Of a DNA stretch of 64,000 nt, positions 1 through 11,115 are shown one piece after another. The position numbers were made by a program, and so were the translations under genes. The stretch spans positions 10,948 to 74,947 of the forward strand of contig JAWKYM010000011.1 in the NCBI GenBank assembly GCA_041396485.1. Reading direction: 5' to 3'. Position 1 is the stretch's first letter. Every line of letters begins with the position of its first letter. Origin of the DNA: Burkholderiaceae bacterium. GTDB lineage: Bacteria > Pseudomonadota > Gammaproteobacteria > Burkholderiales > Burkholderiaceae_C. The notes under the pieces are model-generated. The model saw nothing but the letters and a program-made list of their open reading frames with translations. It made no database searches and had not been told where the DNA came from.

Positions 1-443
1 GGTTCGGCGCGCTGGTGATGATGGCCAGCTTTCTCAACAAGCTGGGCCTGATCGGCTGGTTCGCGCAATCGCTGGAGCGCAGCATCGACCAGCTGGGCAT
101 GAGCTGGATGGGCGCCAGCGCGCTGCTGATGCTGGCCTACCTCTATGCACACTACATGTTCGCCAGCACCACGGCGCACATCACGGCCATGTTCGCGGCC
201 TTCTACGGCGCCGGCCTGGCGCTGGGCGCGCCAGCGCTGCCCTGGGCGCTGATGATGGCCGCGGCTTCCAACATCATGATGACGCTCACGCACTACGCCA
301 CGGGCACATCGCCGGTCATCTTCGGCTCGGGCTACACCACGCTCGGCGAATGGTGGAAGGCGGGCTTCGTGATGAGCGTGGTGCTGATCGTCGTCTGGAT
401 GGCGGTCGGCTCGGCCTGGTGGAAGGTGCTGGGGTATTGGTGA
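1..443 (+). CDS. DASS-family anion symporter (CitT / 2-oxoglutarate-malate translocator-like), C-terminal part; gene starts upstream of the window
   Basis: ORF open at window edge (track 15..443). Hydrophobic multi-pass C-terminus with THYATGTSPVIFGSGY...WWK, typical of DASS permeases. Confidence 0.75.
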   Translation, partial: FGALVMMASFLNKLGLIGWFAQSLERSIDQLGMSWMGASALLMLAYLYAHYMFASTTAHITAMFAAFYGAGLALGAPALPWALMMAAASNIMMTLTHYATGTSPVIFGSGYTTLGEWWKAGFVMSVVLIVVWMAVGSAWWKVLGYW

Positions 444-473
444 TGACCGAGCGAGCCGGCCGCGGCATGCCGC

Positions 474-938
474 TTATGGGCGCTTGAAGATTTCGCCACC
501 CAGCTTGTTTCCGGCCTTGACGTGCCTGGCCTCGAACCAGCCCTGGTTCATTTCCAGCACGTAGCGCACCGGCTTGGCCGAGCAATGGCTGGTTTCGTCC
601 AGCGGCTTCATGTCGGCCAGGTTGACGATGCGGCCGTCGTCGGCGATGAAGGCCGCCGTGAGCGGGATCAGGGTGTTTTTCATCCAGAAGCACTGCTCAC
701 CCGGCTGCTCGAAGACGAACAGCATGCCTTCGGTCTGCGGCATGTCGCGCCGGTTCATCAGGCCGATCTGGCGCTGCAGCGGCGTGCTGGCCACCTGGAC
801 GTCGATGCGGTACATGCCGACCGTGAGCTGCAGGCGCGGCAGATTGAGCTGCGGTCCCATCTGGGCGAGGGCGGCGCCGCCCGATAGGCTGGCGCTCAGC
901 ATCACGAGCAGGGACAGGCGGCGAGTGAACGGGCGCAT
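474..938 (-). CDS. DUF192 domain protein with signal peptide
   Basis: 154-aa ORF with ATG start. N-terminal signal (LSASLSGGAALAQ), then GLMNRRDMPQTEGMLFVF...CFWMKNTLIPL...YVLEMNQGWF, as in the DUF192 family. Confidence 0.8.
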   Translation of the reverse strand: MRPFTRRLSLLVMLSASLSGGAALAQMGPQLNLPRLQLTVGMYRIDVQVASTPLQRQIGLMNRRDMPQTEGMLFVFEQPGEQCFWMKNTLIPLTAAFIADDGRIVNLADMKPLDETSHCSAKPVRYVLEMNQGWFEARHVKAGNKLGGEIFKRP

Positions 939-1043
939 GGCTGGAGCAGGAAGTGGATGGCCAAAATGGGAAAGCCTGCAAAACGACCGGCATTTTGCAG
1001 GCTTGGCGGACCGGAGGCAGGGGCCCCCGAGACGAGCGCCCGA

Positions 1044-1289
1044 TCAGGCGGCGGGCTTGGCGTGCTTGCTGGTGCGCTTCTTGGCGTGCTTGGCGCCATG
1101 CTTCTTGGTCGCGTGCTTCTTGGCGCTGGTCTTGTGGGCCGTGGCCATTTTCGCCTTGGGGGCGGGCGCAGCAGCAGCCGGCGCTTCGGCGACGGCGGGG
1201 GCGGCCGGAGCGGCGGGTGTCGCAGGCGCCTGGGCCCAGGTGCCACAGGCGATGAGCGCGGCGGTCAGTGCGGTGAGAACTTGCTTCAT
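1044..1289 (-). CDS. small secreted Ala/Pro/Lys/His-rich protein, Asr (acid shock protein)-like
   Basis: Internal ATG (1287-1289) of track ORF 1044..1487. Signal peptide MKQVLTALTAALIACGTWAQA, then an AP-rich spacer and KKHATKKHGAKHAKKRTSKHAKPAA repeats resembling E. coli Asr. Confidence 0.6.
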   Translation of the reverse strand: MKQVLTALTAALIACGTWAQAPATPAAPAAPAVAEAPAAAAPAPKAKMATAHKTSAKKHATKKHGAKHAKKRTSKHAKPAA

Positions 1290-1501
1290 GGTCGGACTTC
1301 TTGGACAAGGTTCGATGGATGAGGTGCAGCGCGCGAACCATCGTGCCGCTCCAGCATAACGGCGCAGGCGGGCGCGCCGTTGACGGCGCGCGGCGAGCCC
1401 GGAGCGGGTGGCCATGTCGGTAGAATTTCCGTCGTCCGGGCCGGGCATTGCCGGCCCGCTCGTGTCACTCTTTCCATTGCTTTGCACGGAGACGCTCGCG
1501 C

Positions 1502-2761
<1,260 letters not shown>

Positions 2762-2776
2762 TCGCACGCCGCTCGC

Positions 2777-2804
2777 AAAAAAACCGCCCTCGGGCGGTTT
2801 TTTT
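2777..2804. terminator. bidirectional rho-independent terminator between icd and ppiD
   Basis: A7-CCGCCC-tc-GGGCGG-T7 hairpin between convergent genes. Confidence 0.8.
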
Positions 2805-2818
2805 GTTCTTGCACGGGA

Positions 2819-4756
2819 CTACTGCCGCACGGCGCCCAAGGCGTCTGCCTTGGGCATGGGCACCAGGATGCGGGCCTTGTAGCGGGCCTTGAGCAGCTCG
2901 TAGTCGCTGCGCACCTCGGCCAAGCTCCACAGCTGGATGTAGCGGCTGCGGTTTTGCGCTTTCTGTTCGGCGTTTTGCTCGGCCGGCGGCAGCACTTTCT
3001 CGATCTGGGCGATGGCGTAGCCGTCGGCCCCCAGGTCCACGCCGACGAAATGGGGAAGCTTGGCGGGGTCGGCGCGCAGCACGGCCTCGACCAGCGCGGC
3101 GGGCTGGTCCTGTGGCGCGTCGCGTGACACGGCGATGGCTGCCGGCAGGCCAGTGGCGCTGGCGGGTTTGGTCAACCAGGCCTTGAGCTTGGCCTGGCCG
3201 TCCTGGCGCGCCATCTCGGCGCTGCGCTGGGCGATGTAGGCGCTGCGCACGGCGTCCTGCACCTCGGCGAAGGGCTTGGCGTGGGCGGCGGTGTGCGCCA
3301 GCACGCGGCCGGAGGCGAGCTGGTTGGGGCCGACCTCGATGGCCTCGGTATTGCGCTTGTTGCTCAGGGCGTCGGCGCTGAACAGGGCGCTCAGGAACTT
3401 GGCGTTGGCCAGGGCGCCGGTGGCGTCCTTGGTGGGTGTGCGGGTGACGCCATCGGCGGTGTGGATGGTCAGCTTGAGCTTGTCGGCCACCGGCTTGAGC
3501 GAGTCGGACTGCTCGTACACGCCGTTGGTGAAGGTGTCGGCCAGCTCGGTGAACTGTTTTTGCGCCTGCTGCGTGCGCAACTGGTCGTCCAGCTTGGCGC
3601 GCTCCTGCTCGAAGGGTGGCACCTTGGCCGGCTTGATGCCGGTCAATTCGATGATGTGATAGCCGAAGTCGCTTTGCACCAGATCGCTGATGTCGCCCAC
3701 CTTGGCCAGCTTGAAGGTGGCCTGGGCGATGGTCGGGTCGGTGCCTTTTTGCTGCTGGAACCAGCCCAGGTCGCCCCCGCTGGGTGCGCTGACGTCGTCG
3801 TTGGAATTTCTCTTGGCGATCTCGGCGAACTGCCTGGGATCGGCGCGCACCTCGGCCAGCAGCTTCTCGGCGGTGGCCTTGGCTTTCTCGCGCTCGGCGG
3901 CGGGTGCGTCCTTGGACACCGCGACCAGGATGTGGCTGGCGCGGCGCTCCTCGGGCGTGCCCAGCGTGGCGGCGTTCTGCTCGTAGTAGGTGCGCAGCTC
4001 TTGCTCGCTGACGCTGACCGACTTCTTGACGCTGTCGAGGTCGAGCACGATGTATTCGATCTTGACCGACTCGGGCACCTGGTATTGCATCTCGTGGGTC
4101 TTGTAGTAGCCCTGCAGGTCGGCCTCGGTGGGGGTGACCTTGCTGGCGAAATCCTTGGGCGCCAGCCGCAGCACGCGCACCTCGCGGCGCTCCAGGAAGG
4201 CGTTCATGGCCGCGTCCACGTTGGCCTGGCTGACCAGCTCGGAGTTGGCAATCCCGCCCAGCACCTGCTGCATCGACAGATCGCTGCGCATGCGCGCCTC
4301 GAAGCCCTCGGGCGTGAGGCCCTGGGCGGCCAGCAGGCGCTTGTAGCCTTCCATGTCCAGCCGGCCATCGGCGCCACGGAGGCTGGCGATGGCGGGGTCC
4401 TGCTCCAGTGCGGCGGCCAGCGCGGCATCGCTCACGCCCAGGTGCTCGCCCTGGGCGGCTGCGGCCAGCACGCGGTCGCGCACCAGGCGCTCCAGCGTGC
4501 CGTACTTCATCAGCGGCGAATCGAGCAGGTTCAAGTCCAGCGTGGGATTGGCACTGCGCGCGCGGTCGACCTCGAGGCGGTGGGCGTTGTCCCACTCGGT
4601 CTGCGTGATGGCGTGGCCATCGACTTCGGCCACCTTGTTCGCGCCCTCATTGAAGCGGCCGTAGCCTTCGATGCCGAAGAAGATGAACGAGGGAAAGACC
4701 AGCAGGGCCAAGATCCACATGATGATCTTGTTGTGCTTGCGAATGGCGTCGAACAT
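2819..4756 (-). CDS. ppiD: periplasmic chaperone / peptidyl-prolyl isomerase PpiD
   Basis: 645 aa. MFDAIRKHNKIIMWILALLVFPSFIFFG N-terminal anchor, SurA-like and parvulin-like (GDLGWF...FGYHIIE) regions, located downstream of hupB. Confidence 0.9.
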   Translation of the reverse strand: MFDAIRKHNKIIMWILALLVFPSFIFFGIEGYGRFNEGANKVAEVDGHAITQTEWDNAHRLEVDRARSANPTLDLNLLDSPLMKYGTLERLVRDRVLAAAAQGEHLGVSDAALAAALEQDPAIASLRGADGRLDMEGYKRLLAAQGLTPEGFEARMRSDLSMQQVLGGIANSELVSQANVDAAMNAFLERREVRVLRLAPKDFASKVTPTEADLQGYYKTHEMQYQVPESVKIEYIVLDLDSVKKSVSVSEQELRTYYEQNAATLGTPEERRASHILVAVSKDAPAAEREKAKATAEKLLAEVRADPRQFAEIAKRNSNDDVSAPSGGDLGWFQQQKGTDPTIAQATFKLAKVGDISDLVQSDFGYHIIELTGIKPAKVPPFEQERAKLDDQLRTQQAQKQFTELADTFTNGVYEQSDSLKPVADKLKLTIHTADGVTRTPTKDATGALANAKFLSALFSADALSNKRNTEAIEVGPNQLASGRVLAHTAAHAKPFAEVQDAVRSAYIAQRSAEMARQDGQAKLKAWLTKPASATGLPAAIAVSRDAPQDQPAALVEAVLRADPAKLPHFVGVDLGADGYAIAQIEKVLPPAEQNAEQKAQNRSRYIQLWSLAEVRSDYELLKARYKARILVPMPKADALGAVRQ

Positions 4757-4800
4757 GCGGGAGGCTCTTGGTTGCGTGCGGAGACTGCAGGAGAAACAAG

Positions 4801-4825
4801 AAAAAAGGCGAACCGCGGGTTCGCC
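4801..4825 (-). terminator. rho-independent terminator after hupB / tRNA-Val
   Basis: The minus strand reads GGCGAACC-cgc-GGTTCGCC followed by T6. Confidence 0.75.
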
Positions 4826-4836
4826 TTCACATCAAT

Positions 4837-4912
4837 TGGTGGGTGCTGACGGGGTCGAACCGCCGACCTACGCCTTGTAAGGGCGCCGCTCTACCAACTG
4901 AGCTAAGCACCC
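4837..4912 (-). tRNA. tRNA-Val (anticodon TAC)
   Basis: Minus strand GGGTGCTTAGCTCAGTTGGTAGAGC...CCTTACAAGG...GGTTCGAACCCCGTCAGCACCCACCA. Cloverleaf folds and CCA is encoded. Confidence 0.9.
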
Positions 4913-4932
4913 CAGCCGAACCGATGCAGGTT

Positions 4933-5205
4933 TCAGTTCAGCGCATCCTTCAGCGCCTTGCCGGGGCGGAACTTGGGTACCTTGGCGGACTTGATTTTAA
5001 TCGTTGCGCCGGTACGGGGGTTGCGGCCGGTGCGAGCTGCGCGCTTGCCGACGGCAAAGGTGCCAAAGCCCACCAGCGAAACCGTGTTGCCCTTGCGCAG
5101 GGTGGTCTTGACGGCGCCAATGGTGGCTTCGAGCGCGCGCGTGGCAGCGGCCTTGGAGATGTCGGCGTTTTTGGCGATGTGTTCGATCAGCTCGGTCTTG
5201 TTCAC
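4933..5205 (-). CDS. hupB: DNA-binding protein HU-beta
   Basis: 90 aa, [21 protein letters not shown]...[28 protein letters not shown] start with an AGAGGGG Shine-Dalgarno upstream. Confidence 0.95.
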   Translation of the reverse strand: MNKTELIEHIAKNADISKAAATRALEATIGAVKTTLRKGNTVSLVGFGTFAVGKRAARTGRNPRTGATIKIKSAKVPKFRPGKALKDALN

Positions 5206-5486
5206 GAAAGTGCCCCTCTTTCAAGAATGTGTCAGGAATCCGGAAAAAGCGACGTCGGGATTGTTGTGCCAATCATGCCGGCCCTCCCCCTCGTTCGCCT
5301 GACTTGCGCCCAAGCCGCATCATCAAACCATGCCCGGCCTTGTGGCACAAGGGCTGGCTCGCGAAAGCGGCGTCAGCGAGCGATGGATTCTAGACCGATT
5401 CCGGGGCCGATCCCTCGCGGTTTTCCCTGCTGCTGCGATGGCGCAACAAGGCTGCCAAAAGTTGGGCACTGGCGGCCCCAATGGGT

Positions 5487-6407
5487 TCAGCGCCGGCCGG
5501 GTGTCGCGGCGGTGCGCACCACCAGGGCCACGCCCAGCGCCGTCAGCGCGATGCCGGCCACCGTGACGGGGGTGATGGGCTCGCCAAAGAGCAGCCAGGC
5601 CATCACGGCCGTGGTGGGCGGCACCAGGTACATCAGGCTGGCCACCGAGGCGGCGGCGCCGCGCTGGATGAGCAGGAACAGCAGCGAGCTGCCGCCCAGC
5701 GTCAGGCCCAGCACCGACCAGGCCATGGCACCGGCCGACTGCAGCGTCCAGCGCATGGATTCGGGCTCCAGCCAGGCCAGCGGGGCCGTCACCAGCGCAG
5801 CGGCCATCAGTTGCACGGTGTTGGCGCTGCGCACGTCGCAGGGGGCCACCCAGCGCTTTTGATACAGCGTGCCGGCGGTGATGCACAGCAGCGCCCCGAC
5901 GGCCCAGGCCAGGTTGACGGCACTCACCTGGTCGCCCGGGCTGCCCTCGGTCAGCTTGCGCCACACCACCAGCACCAGGCCGGCAAAGCCCAGGCCCAGG
6001 CCCAGCCATTGGCGGGCGCTCACGCGGTGCAGCACGCTGCCAAAGGCCGACAGCCAGATGGCGGTGAGCACAGGCTGGATGCCGACGATCAGCGCCGACA
6101 GGCCCGAGCCCATGCCGGCCTTGACGGCGGCCCACACGCCGCCCAGGTAGCCGCCGTGCATCAGCATGCCCGTGACGGCCAGGTGCAGCCATTGGCTGCG
6201 CGTTTGCGGCCAGCGCGCACGCGCGATGGCGATCCACACGCCAAAGCAGGCGATGGACAGCAGATAGCGCAGCAGCAGGAAGGTGAAGGGCGGCGCATAC
6301 GGCATGCCGTAGCGCGCCACGATGAAGCCAGTGGCCCAGATGAGCACGAACACCGCCGGCATCCAGCGGATCAGCGCGCGGGTGGGGCTGGCCTCTGCCG
6401 GGCTCAT
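5487..6407 (-). CDS. DMT-superfamily (EamA-like) permease
   Basis: 306 aa with about 10 predicted TM helices and duplicated EamA-like halves. Confidence 0.8.
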   Translation of the reverse strand: MSPAEASPTRALIRWMPAVFVLIWATGFIVARYGMPYAPPFTFLLLRYLLSIACFGVWIAIARARWPQTRSQWLHLAVTGMLMHGGYLGGVWAAVKAGMGSGLSALIVGIQPVLTAIWLSAFGSVLHRVSARQWLGLGLGFAGLVLVVWRKLTEGSPGDQVSAVNLAWAVGALLCITAGTLYQKRWVAPCDVRSANTVQLMAAALVTAPLAWLEPESMRWTLQSAGAMAWSVLGLTLGGSSLLFLLIQRGAAASVASLMYLVPPTTAVMAWLLFGEPITPVTVAGIALTALGVALVVRTAATPGRR

Positions 6408-6426
6408 CGCGTGCGGATGGTGCCGC

Positions 6427-6990
6427 TCAACGCACCCTCGCGCGAATTTCGGGCAGCGCCTTCTGCAGGTAGTACACCATCGACCACACGGTGAGGATGG
6501 CCGCCAGCCAGATCAGCCACAGGCCCCACAGGCGCGTGTCCACGTCCCCGACGCGGGCGTCGTACAGCAGGAAGGGGATGGCCACCATCTGCACCGCCGT
6601 CTTGACCTTGCCCAGCATGTGCACGGCCACGCTTTTGCTGGCGCCGATCTTGGCCATCCACTCGCGCAAGGCCGAGATGGCGATCTCGCGGCCGATGATG
6701 ATCAGCGCCACGAACACGTCCACCCGCTGCAGGTGCACCAGCACCAGCAGGCAGGCGCAGACCAGGAACTTGTCGGCCACGGGGTCGAGAAAGGCGCCGA
6801 AGGCCGAGGTCTGGTTGAGCTTGCGCGCCAAGTAGCCGTCGAGCCAGTCGGTCCAGGCGAACACCACGAACATCACCGTGGCCGCGAGGTTGCGGACCTC
6901 AGACGGCAGCGGCAGGTAGAACACGCCGACGATGAGCGGGATCGCGACGATGCGCGTCCAGGTCAGCAGGGTCGGCACGGTGAAGAACAT
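6427..6990 (-). CDS. pgsA: CDP-diacylglycerol--glycerol-3-phosphate 3-phosphatidyltransferase
   Basis: ATG at 6988-6990 (the track ORF begins at an upstream TTG). DWLDGYLARKLNQTSAFGAFLDPVADK is the CDP-alcohol phosphatidyltransferase motif. Lies downstream of uvrC, as in E. coli. Confidence 0.92.
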   Translation of the reverse strand: MFFTVPTLLTWTRIVAIPLIVGVFYLPLPSEVRNLAATVMFVVFAWTDWLDGYLARKLNQTSAFGAFLDPVADKFLVCACLLVLVHLQRVDVFVALIIIGREIAISALREWMAKIGASKSVAVHMLGKVKTAVQMVAIPFLLYDARVGDVDTRLWGLWLIWLAAILTVWSMVYYLQKALPEIRARVR

Positions 6991-7050
6991 GGTGGGCGAT
7001 TGTGGCACGCGCCCGCGGCGGTGTGCTGCGCGGCACGCCAACGTCGAAAA

Positions 7051-7112
7051 CTATCAAAATAATAGCTGCTTGCGCTTGTCGGGTGTGCGCCAGAGCCCGA
7101 TTTTGCTTGAAA
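7051..7112 (-). repeat. dispersed REP-like intergenic element, copy 1 (uvrC-pgsA spacer)
   Basis: CTATcaaaataATAGCTGCTTGCGCTTGtcgggtgtGCGCCAGAGCCcgaTTTTGCTTGAA. Near-identical architecture to the copy at 61563-61623. Ends 3 nt from the uvrC stop codon. Confidence 0.85.
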
Positions 7113-7115
7113 GAA

Positions 7116-9098
7116 TCAATGCAGGGCGCGGTAGATCTGCTCGGCCAGCGCGCGCGAGACGCCCTCGACGGTCATCAGGTCTTCCACGCTGGCGCCCTCC
7201 ACGCCGCGCACGCCGCCAAAACGTTGCAGCAGACGGGCGCGCTTCTTGGGCCCCACGCCGGCAATCTCCTCCAGCCGGCCGCCGCCCACCCGCACCCGGG
7301 CGCGCTGGGCGCGCATGCCGGTGATGGCAAAGCGGTGCGCCTCGTCGCGGATCTGCGCCACCAGCATCAGCGCGGCTGAGTCGTGGCCCAGAGACACCTT
7401 GGGCCGGCCGTCGGCAAACACCAGCTCCTCCAGGCCGACCTTGCGGCCCTCGCCCTTCTCGACGCCGACGATCAGCGACAGGTCCAGCGCGAGCTGGTTG
7501 AACACCTCGCGCGCCATGCTGACCTGGCCCTTGCCGCCGTCGACCAGCACCAGGTCCGGCATGCGCACCGTGGCGGCGTTGCCCTGCTCGGCCAGCGCCT
7601 CGGCGATCTTGCCGTAGCGCCGCAGCAAGACCTGGCGCATGGCGGCGTAGTCGTCGCCCGGGGTGATGCCATCGATCTTGTAGCGCCGATATTCGCTGCT
7701 GGCCATGCGGTGGCCCTGGAACACCACGCAGCTGGCCTGCGTGGCCTCGCCCGCCGTGTGGCTGATGTCGAAGCACTCGATGCGCAACTCGTCCAGGCGG
7801 TCGGTCGGCAGGTCCAGCGCCTCGGCCAGTGCGCGCGTGCGGGCCTGCTGCGAGCCTTCCTCGGCCAGCAGGCGCGCCAGCTGCAGGGCAGCGTTCTGCT
7901 GCGCCATCTCCAGCCAGATGCGGCGCTGGCCGCGCGGTGCGTGGGTGGCGCTGATCTGGCGCTCCTCCTTGTCCGACAGCGCCTGCAGCAGCGCGCGCGC
8001 CACCGGCTCGCTGGTGATGAGCTGGGCCGGCGCCGGCACGGCCAGGTAGTGCTGGGCGATGAAGGCATCCAGCACCTGGGCCTCCACCGTGGTCAGCTCG
8101 GCGTCCTCGCGTTCGGCCGCCAGCGCCTGCGCGTCCTCGATCTGCGAAGGGAAGTGCGCGCGATCACCCAAGTGGCGCCCGCCACGCACCATGGCCAGGT
8201 TGACGCAGGCGCGCCCGCCCTGCACCTTGACGGCCAGGATGTCCACGTCGGCCTCCGATCCCACCTCGACCGCCTGCTGGTGCAGCACGCGCGACAGCGA
8301 CTGGATCTGGTTGCGGATCAGCGCGGCCTGCTCGAAGCGCAGGGCGTCGGAGTGCGCCATCATGCGCTGCTCCAGCACCTGCAAGAGCTCCTGGGTCTGC
8401 CCGCGCAGGAACTGCTCGGCGTGCGCGACGTCGGCGGCATAGTCCTGGTCGCTGATGAGCCGCACGCAGGGCGCCGTGCAGCGCTTGATCTGATAGAGCA
8501 GGCAGGGCCGCGTGCGGTGCGCGAACACCGTGTCCTCGCAGGTGCGCAGTCGAAACACCTTCTGCAGCAGCTCGATCGTCTCCTTGATCGCCCAGGCGTT
8601 GGGGTAGGGGCCGAAGTAGCGGTGGCGCTTGTCGGTGGCGCCGCGGTAGTAGGCGATGCGCGCGTAGGCGGCGGGGTCGGGCGTGCCGGGGCCGGGGTCG
8701 GGGCGGGGCGTGCCGCTGCCCGTCAGCTTGAGGTAGGGATAGCTCTTGTCGTCGCGAAACAGGATGTTGTACTTGGGCGCCAGCTGCTTGATCAGGTTGT
8801 TTTCCAGGATCAGCGCCTCGGCCTCGGAGCGCACCACCGTCGTCTCCAGCCGCGCGATCTTGCTGACCATGTGGCCGATGCGCGTGCCGCCGTGGTTCTT
8901 GCTGAAGTAGCTGGACACGCGCTTTTTCAGGTTGCGCGCCTTGCCCACGTACAGCACCGTGCCGGCGGCGTCGAAATAGCGGTACACGCCCGGCAGGCCG
9001 GGCAGGGCGGCCACCTGCGCCAGCAGCGTGGGTGGGTGGCTGGGCGCTGGGGGCTCTCGTGGCTCGGGCGGTGGTGGCGGCGCGGCGGGGTCGCTCAT
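7116..9098 (-). CDS. uvrC: excinuclease ABC subunit C
   Basis: 660 aa. GIY-YIG motif ([29 protein letters not shown]), UvrBC domain, and C-terminal endonuclease plus HhH ([16 protein letters not shown]). Confidence 0.95.
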   Translation of the reverse strand: MSDPAAPPPPPEPREPPAPSHPPTLLAQVAALPGLPGVYRYFDAAGTVLYVGKARNLKKRVSSYFSKNHGGTRIGHMVSKIARLETTVVRSEAEALILENNLIKQLAPKYNILFRDDKSYPYLKLTGSGTPRPDPGPGTPDPAAYARIAYYRGATDKRHRYFGPYPNAWAIKETIELLQKVFRLRTCEDTVFAHRTRPCLLYQIKRCTAPCVRLISDQDYAADVAHAEQFLRGQTQELLQVLEQRMMAHSDALRFEQAALIRNQIQSLSRVLHQQAVEVGSEADVDILAVKVQGGRACVNLAMVRGGRHLGDRAHFPSQIEDAQALAAEREDAELTTVEAQVLDAFIAQHYLAVPAPAQLITSEPVARALLQALSDKEERQISATHAPRGQRRIWLEMAQQNAALQLARLLAEEGSQQARTRALAEALDLPTDRLDELRIECFDISHTAGEATQASCVVFQGHRMASSEYRRYKIDGITPGDDYAAMRQVLLRRYGKIAEALAEQGNAATVRMPDLVLVDGGKGQVSMAREVFNQLALDLSLIVGVEKGEGRKVGLEELVFADGRPKVSLGHDSAALMLVAQIRDEAHRFAITGMRAQRARVRVGGGRLEEIAGVGPKKRARLLQRFGGVRGVEGASVEDLMTVEGVSRALAEQIYRALH

Positions 9099-9154
9099 GG
9101 CGGGCAGTTTACGGGGCAGGCGCTGCGCCTCACGCGCGTGGGCACAATTGCGGC

Positions 9155-10276
9155 ATGCCTGCCACGCCTTTGATCTGGGACCTGTTTTGCCGCGTGATCG
9201 ACAACCATGGCGACCTGGGCGTGTGCTGGCGCCTGGCGCGCGAGCTGGCGGCGCGGGGCCAGCAGGTGCGCCTGTGGGTGGACGACGCCAGCGCCCTGGC
9301 CTGGATGGCGCCCGAGGGCCTGCGTGGCGCGCTGGCGGGCGTGCGGGTGCTGGCCTGGCGCGAGCCTTTTGACGCCGCGGTGCTGGCGCGGCTGCCCGTT
9401 GCCCACGTGTGGGTCGAAGCCTTCGGCTGCGCGCTGCCGCCGGCCTTCGTCGCCCACGGCGTGCAAGCGGCGACGACCGGCGGCGGGGCGCCGCCGGTGT
9501 GGATCAATCTCGAGTACCTCAGCGCCGAGCCGTATGTCGAGCGCATGCACGGCCTGCCCTCGCCCGTGCTGCAGGGGCCGGCGGCGGGCTGGACCAAGTG
9601 GTTTTACTACCCCGGCTTTACGCCGCGCACCGGCGGCCTGCTGCGCGAGGCGGACCTGCCCGCACGCCAGGCCGCCTTTGATCGCGCGGCCTGGCTGGCG
9701 GCGCAGGGCGTGCCCTGGCGGGGCGAGCGGCTGCTGTCGCTGTTTTGCTACGAACCGCCGGCGCTGGTGCCCCTGCTGGCGCAGCTGCAGGGCGGCCCGC
9801 AGCCCACGCGCCTGCTGGTGACGGCGGGGCGCGCCACGCAGGCGGTGCGCGCCGCGATTGAACATCAAAATGGCCTGCAGCCCGCATCCGACAAGCGCAA
9901 TCAGCTATTGATTTCATACTTTCCGTATCGGGACCAGCAAGCCTTTGACGAACTGCTGTGGACCAGCGATGTCAACTTCGTGCGCGGCGAGGACTCGCTG
10001 GTGCGCGCCCTGTGGGCGGGCCGGCCGCTGGTGTGGCAGCCCTATCCGCAGCACGACGAGGCGCACCACGCCAAGCTGGCGGCCTGGCTCGATTGGCTGC
10101 AGGCGCCGCCAGGGTTGCGCGCGTTTCATCGCGCGTGGTCGGGCATCGACGCCGGGCCGCTGCCGCAGCTGGACGAGCGGGCCTGGGGACCATGCGTCCA
10201 CGCCGCGCGCGCGGCGCTGTGGCAGCAAGCCGACCTGGCCAGCCAGCTCACCGGCTTCGTGGACGGAAAGCGATAG
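9155..10276 (+). CDS. earP: EF-P arginine-32 rhamnosyltransferase EarP
   Basis: 373 aa from the ATG at 9155. [24 protein letters not shown] and [26 protein letters not shown] are EarP (DUF2331) hallmarks. Located immediately upstream of efp. Confidence 0.88.
   Translation: MPATPLIWDLFCRVIDNHGDLGVCWRLARELAARGQQVRLWVDDASALAWMAPEGLRGALAGVRVLAWREPFDAAVLARLPVAHVWVEAFGCALPPAFVAHGVQAATTGGGAPPVWINLEYLSAEPYVERMHGLPSPVLQGPAAGWTKWFYYPGFTPRTGGLLREADLPARQAAFDRAAWLAAQGVPWRGERLLSLFCYEPPALVPLLAQLQGGPQPTRLLVTAGRATQAVRAAIEHQNGLQPASDKRNQLLISYFPYRDQQAFDELLWTSDVNFVRGEDSLVRALWAGRPLVWQPYPQHDEAHHAKLAAWLDWLQAPPGLRAFHRAWSGIDAGPLPQLDERAWGPCVHAARAALWQQADLASQLTGFVDGKR
9858..9919 (+). repeat. REP-like element, copy 2, embedded in-frame inside the earP coding sequence
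   Basis: TTGAACATCAAAATGGCCTGCAGCCCGCatccgacAAGCGCAAtcAGCTATtgatttcATAC. By hand alignment about 44/62 identical to the 28870-28930 copy, including the 12-mer CCTGCAGCCCGC. Clearly more AT-rich than the flanking coding sequence. Confidence 0.75.
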
Positions 10277-10453
10277 AATAGAGGACTTTGCAAAAACAGC
10301 CGGCTCGCCTGGACGAGTGCACGCAAGCCGGTTTGCAGCGCATGTCGCCCGCGCGCGTAGTCGCGAAATCGGTGTCACGGTCCGCCCAGGACATGGGGCG
10401 CATCTTGCCGGGGCGGCCCACGCTTGACTCCACCACTCACTGGAATTCGACCC

Positions 10454-11008
10454 ATGAAAATCGCCCAGGAAATCCGCGCCGGCAACGTCATCATGCACGG
10501 CAAGGACCCCATGATCGTGCTGAAGACCGAATACGCCCGCGGTGGCCGCGGCGCCGCCACCGTGCGCATGAAGCTCAAGGCCCTGCTCAACAACATGGGC
10601 ACCGAGGTCGTCTTCAAGGCCGATGACAAGATGGAGCAGGTCATCCTCGACCACAAGGACTGCACCTACTCGTACTTCGCCGACCCGATGTACGTCTTCA
10701 TGGACGGCGAGTACAACCAGTACGAGGTCGAGGCCGAGAACATGGGCGACGCGCTGAACTACCTGGAAGACGGCATGGCCGTCGAGGTGGTGTTCTACGA
10801 CGGCAAGGCCATTTCGGTCGAGCTGCCGACTTCGGTCGAGCGCGAAATCACCTGGACCGAGCCGGCCGTCAAGGGCGACACCTCGGGCAAGGTGCTCAAG
10901 CCCGCAAAGATCGCCACCGGCTTCGAGGTGCCCGTGCCGCTGTTCGTCAGCCAGGGCGACAAGATCGAAATCGACACCCGCACCGGCGAATACCGCAAGC
11001 GCGTATGA
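10454..11008 (+). CDS. efp: elongation factor P (Arg32, EarP-dependent type)
   Basis: 184 aa from the ATG at 10454, [32 protein letters not shown](32)GAATVRMK. Arginine at the loop-tip position where EpmA-type EF-P has Lys34. Confidence 0.95.
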   Translation: MKIAQEIRAGNVIMHGKDPMIVLKTEYARGGRGAATVRMKLKALLNNMGTEVVFKADDKMEQVILDHKDCTYSYFADPMYVFMDGEYNQYEVEAENMGDALNYLEDGMAVEVVFYDGKAISVELPTSVEREITWTEPAVKGDTSGKVLKPAKIATGFEVPVPLFVSQGDKIEIDTRTGEYRKRV

Positions 11009-11031
11009 ACGCCGGCCTCCCGGCCCAGCAG

Positions 11032-11057
11032 AAAAGCGCCGCTTGCGGCGCTTTTTT
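11032..11057 (+). terminator. rho-independent terminator after efp
   Basis: AAGCGCCG-cttg-CGGCGCTT hairpin followed by T6. Confidence 0.8.
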
Positions 11058-11115
11058 CATGCCTGCGCGGCAGGCCGGTGCGCGTGGCGGGCGGGCATTC
11101 AATACCATGGGGGGC

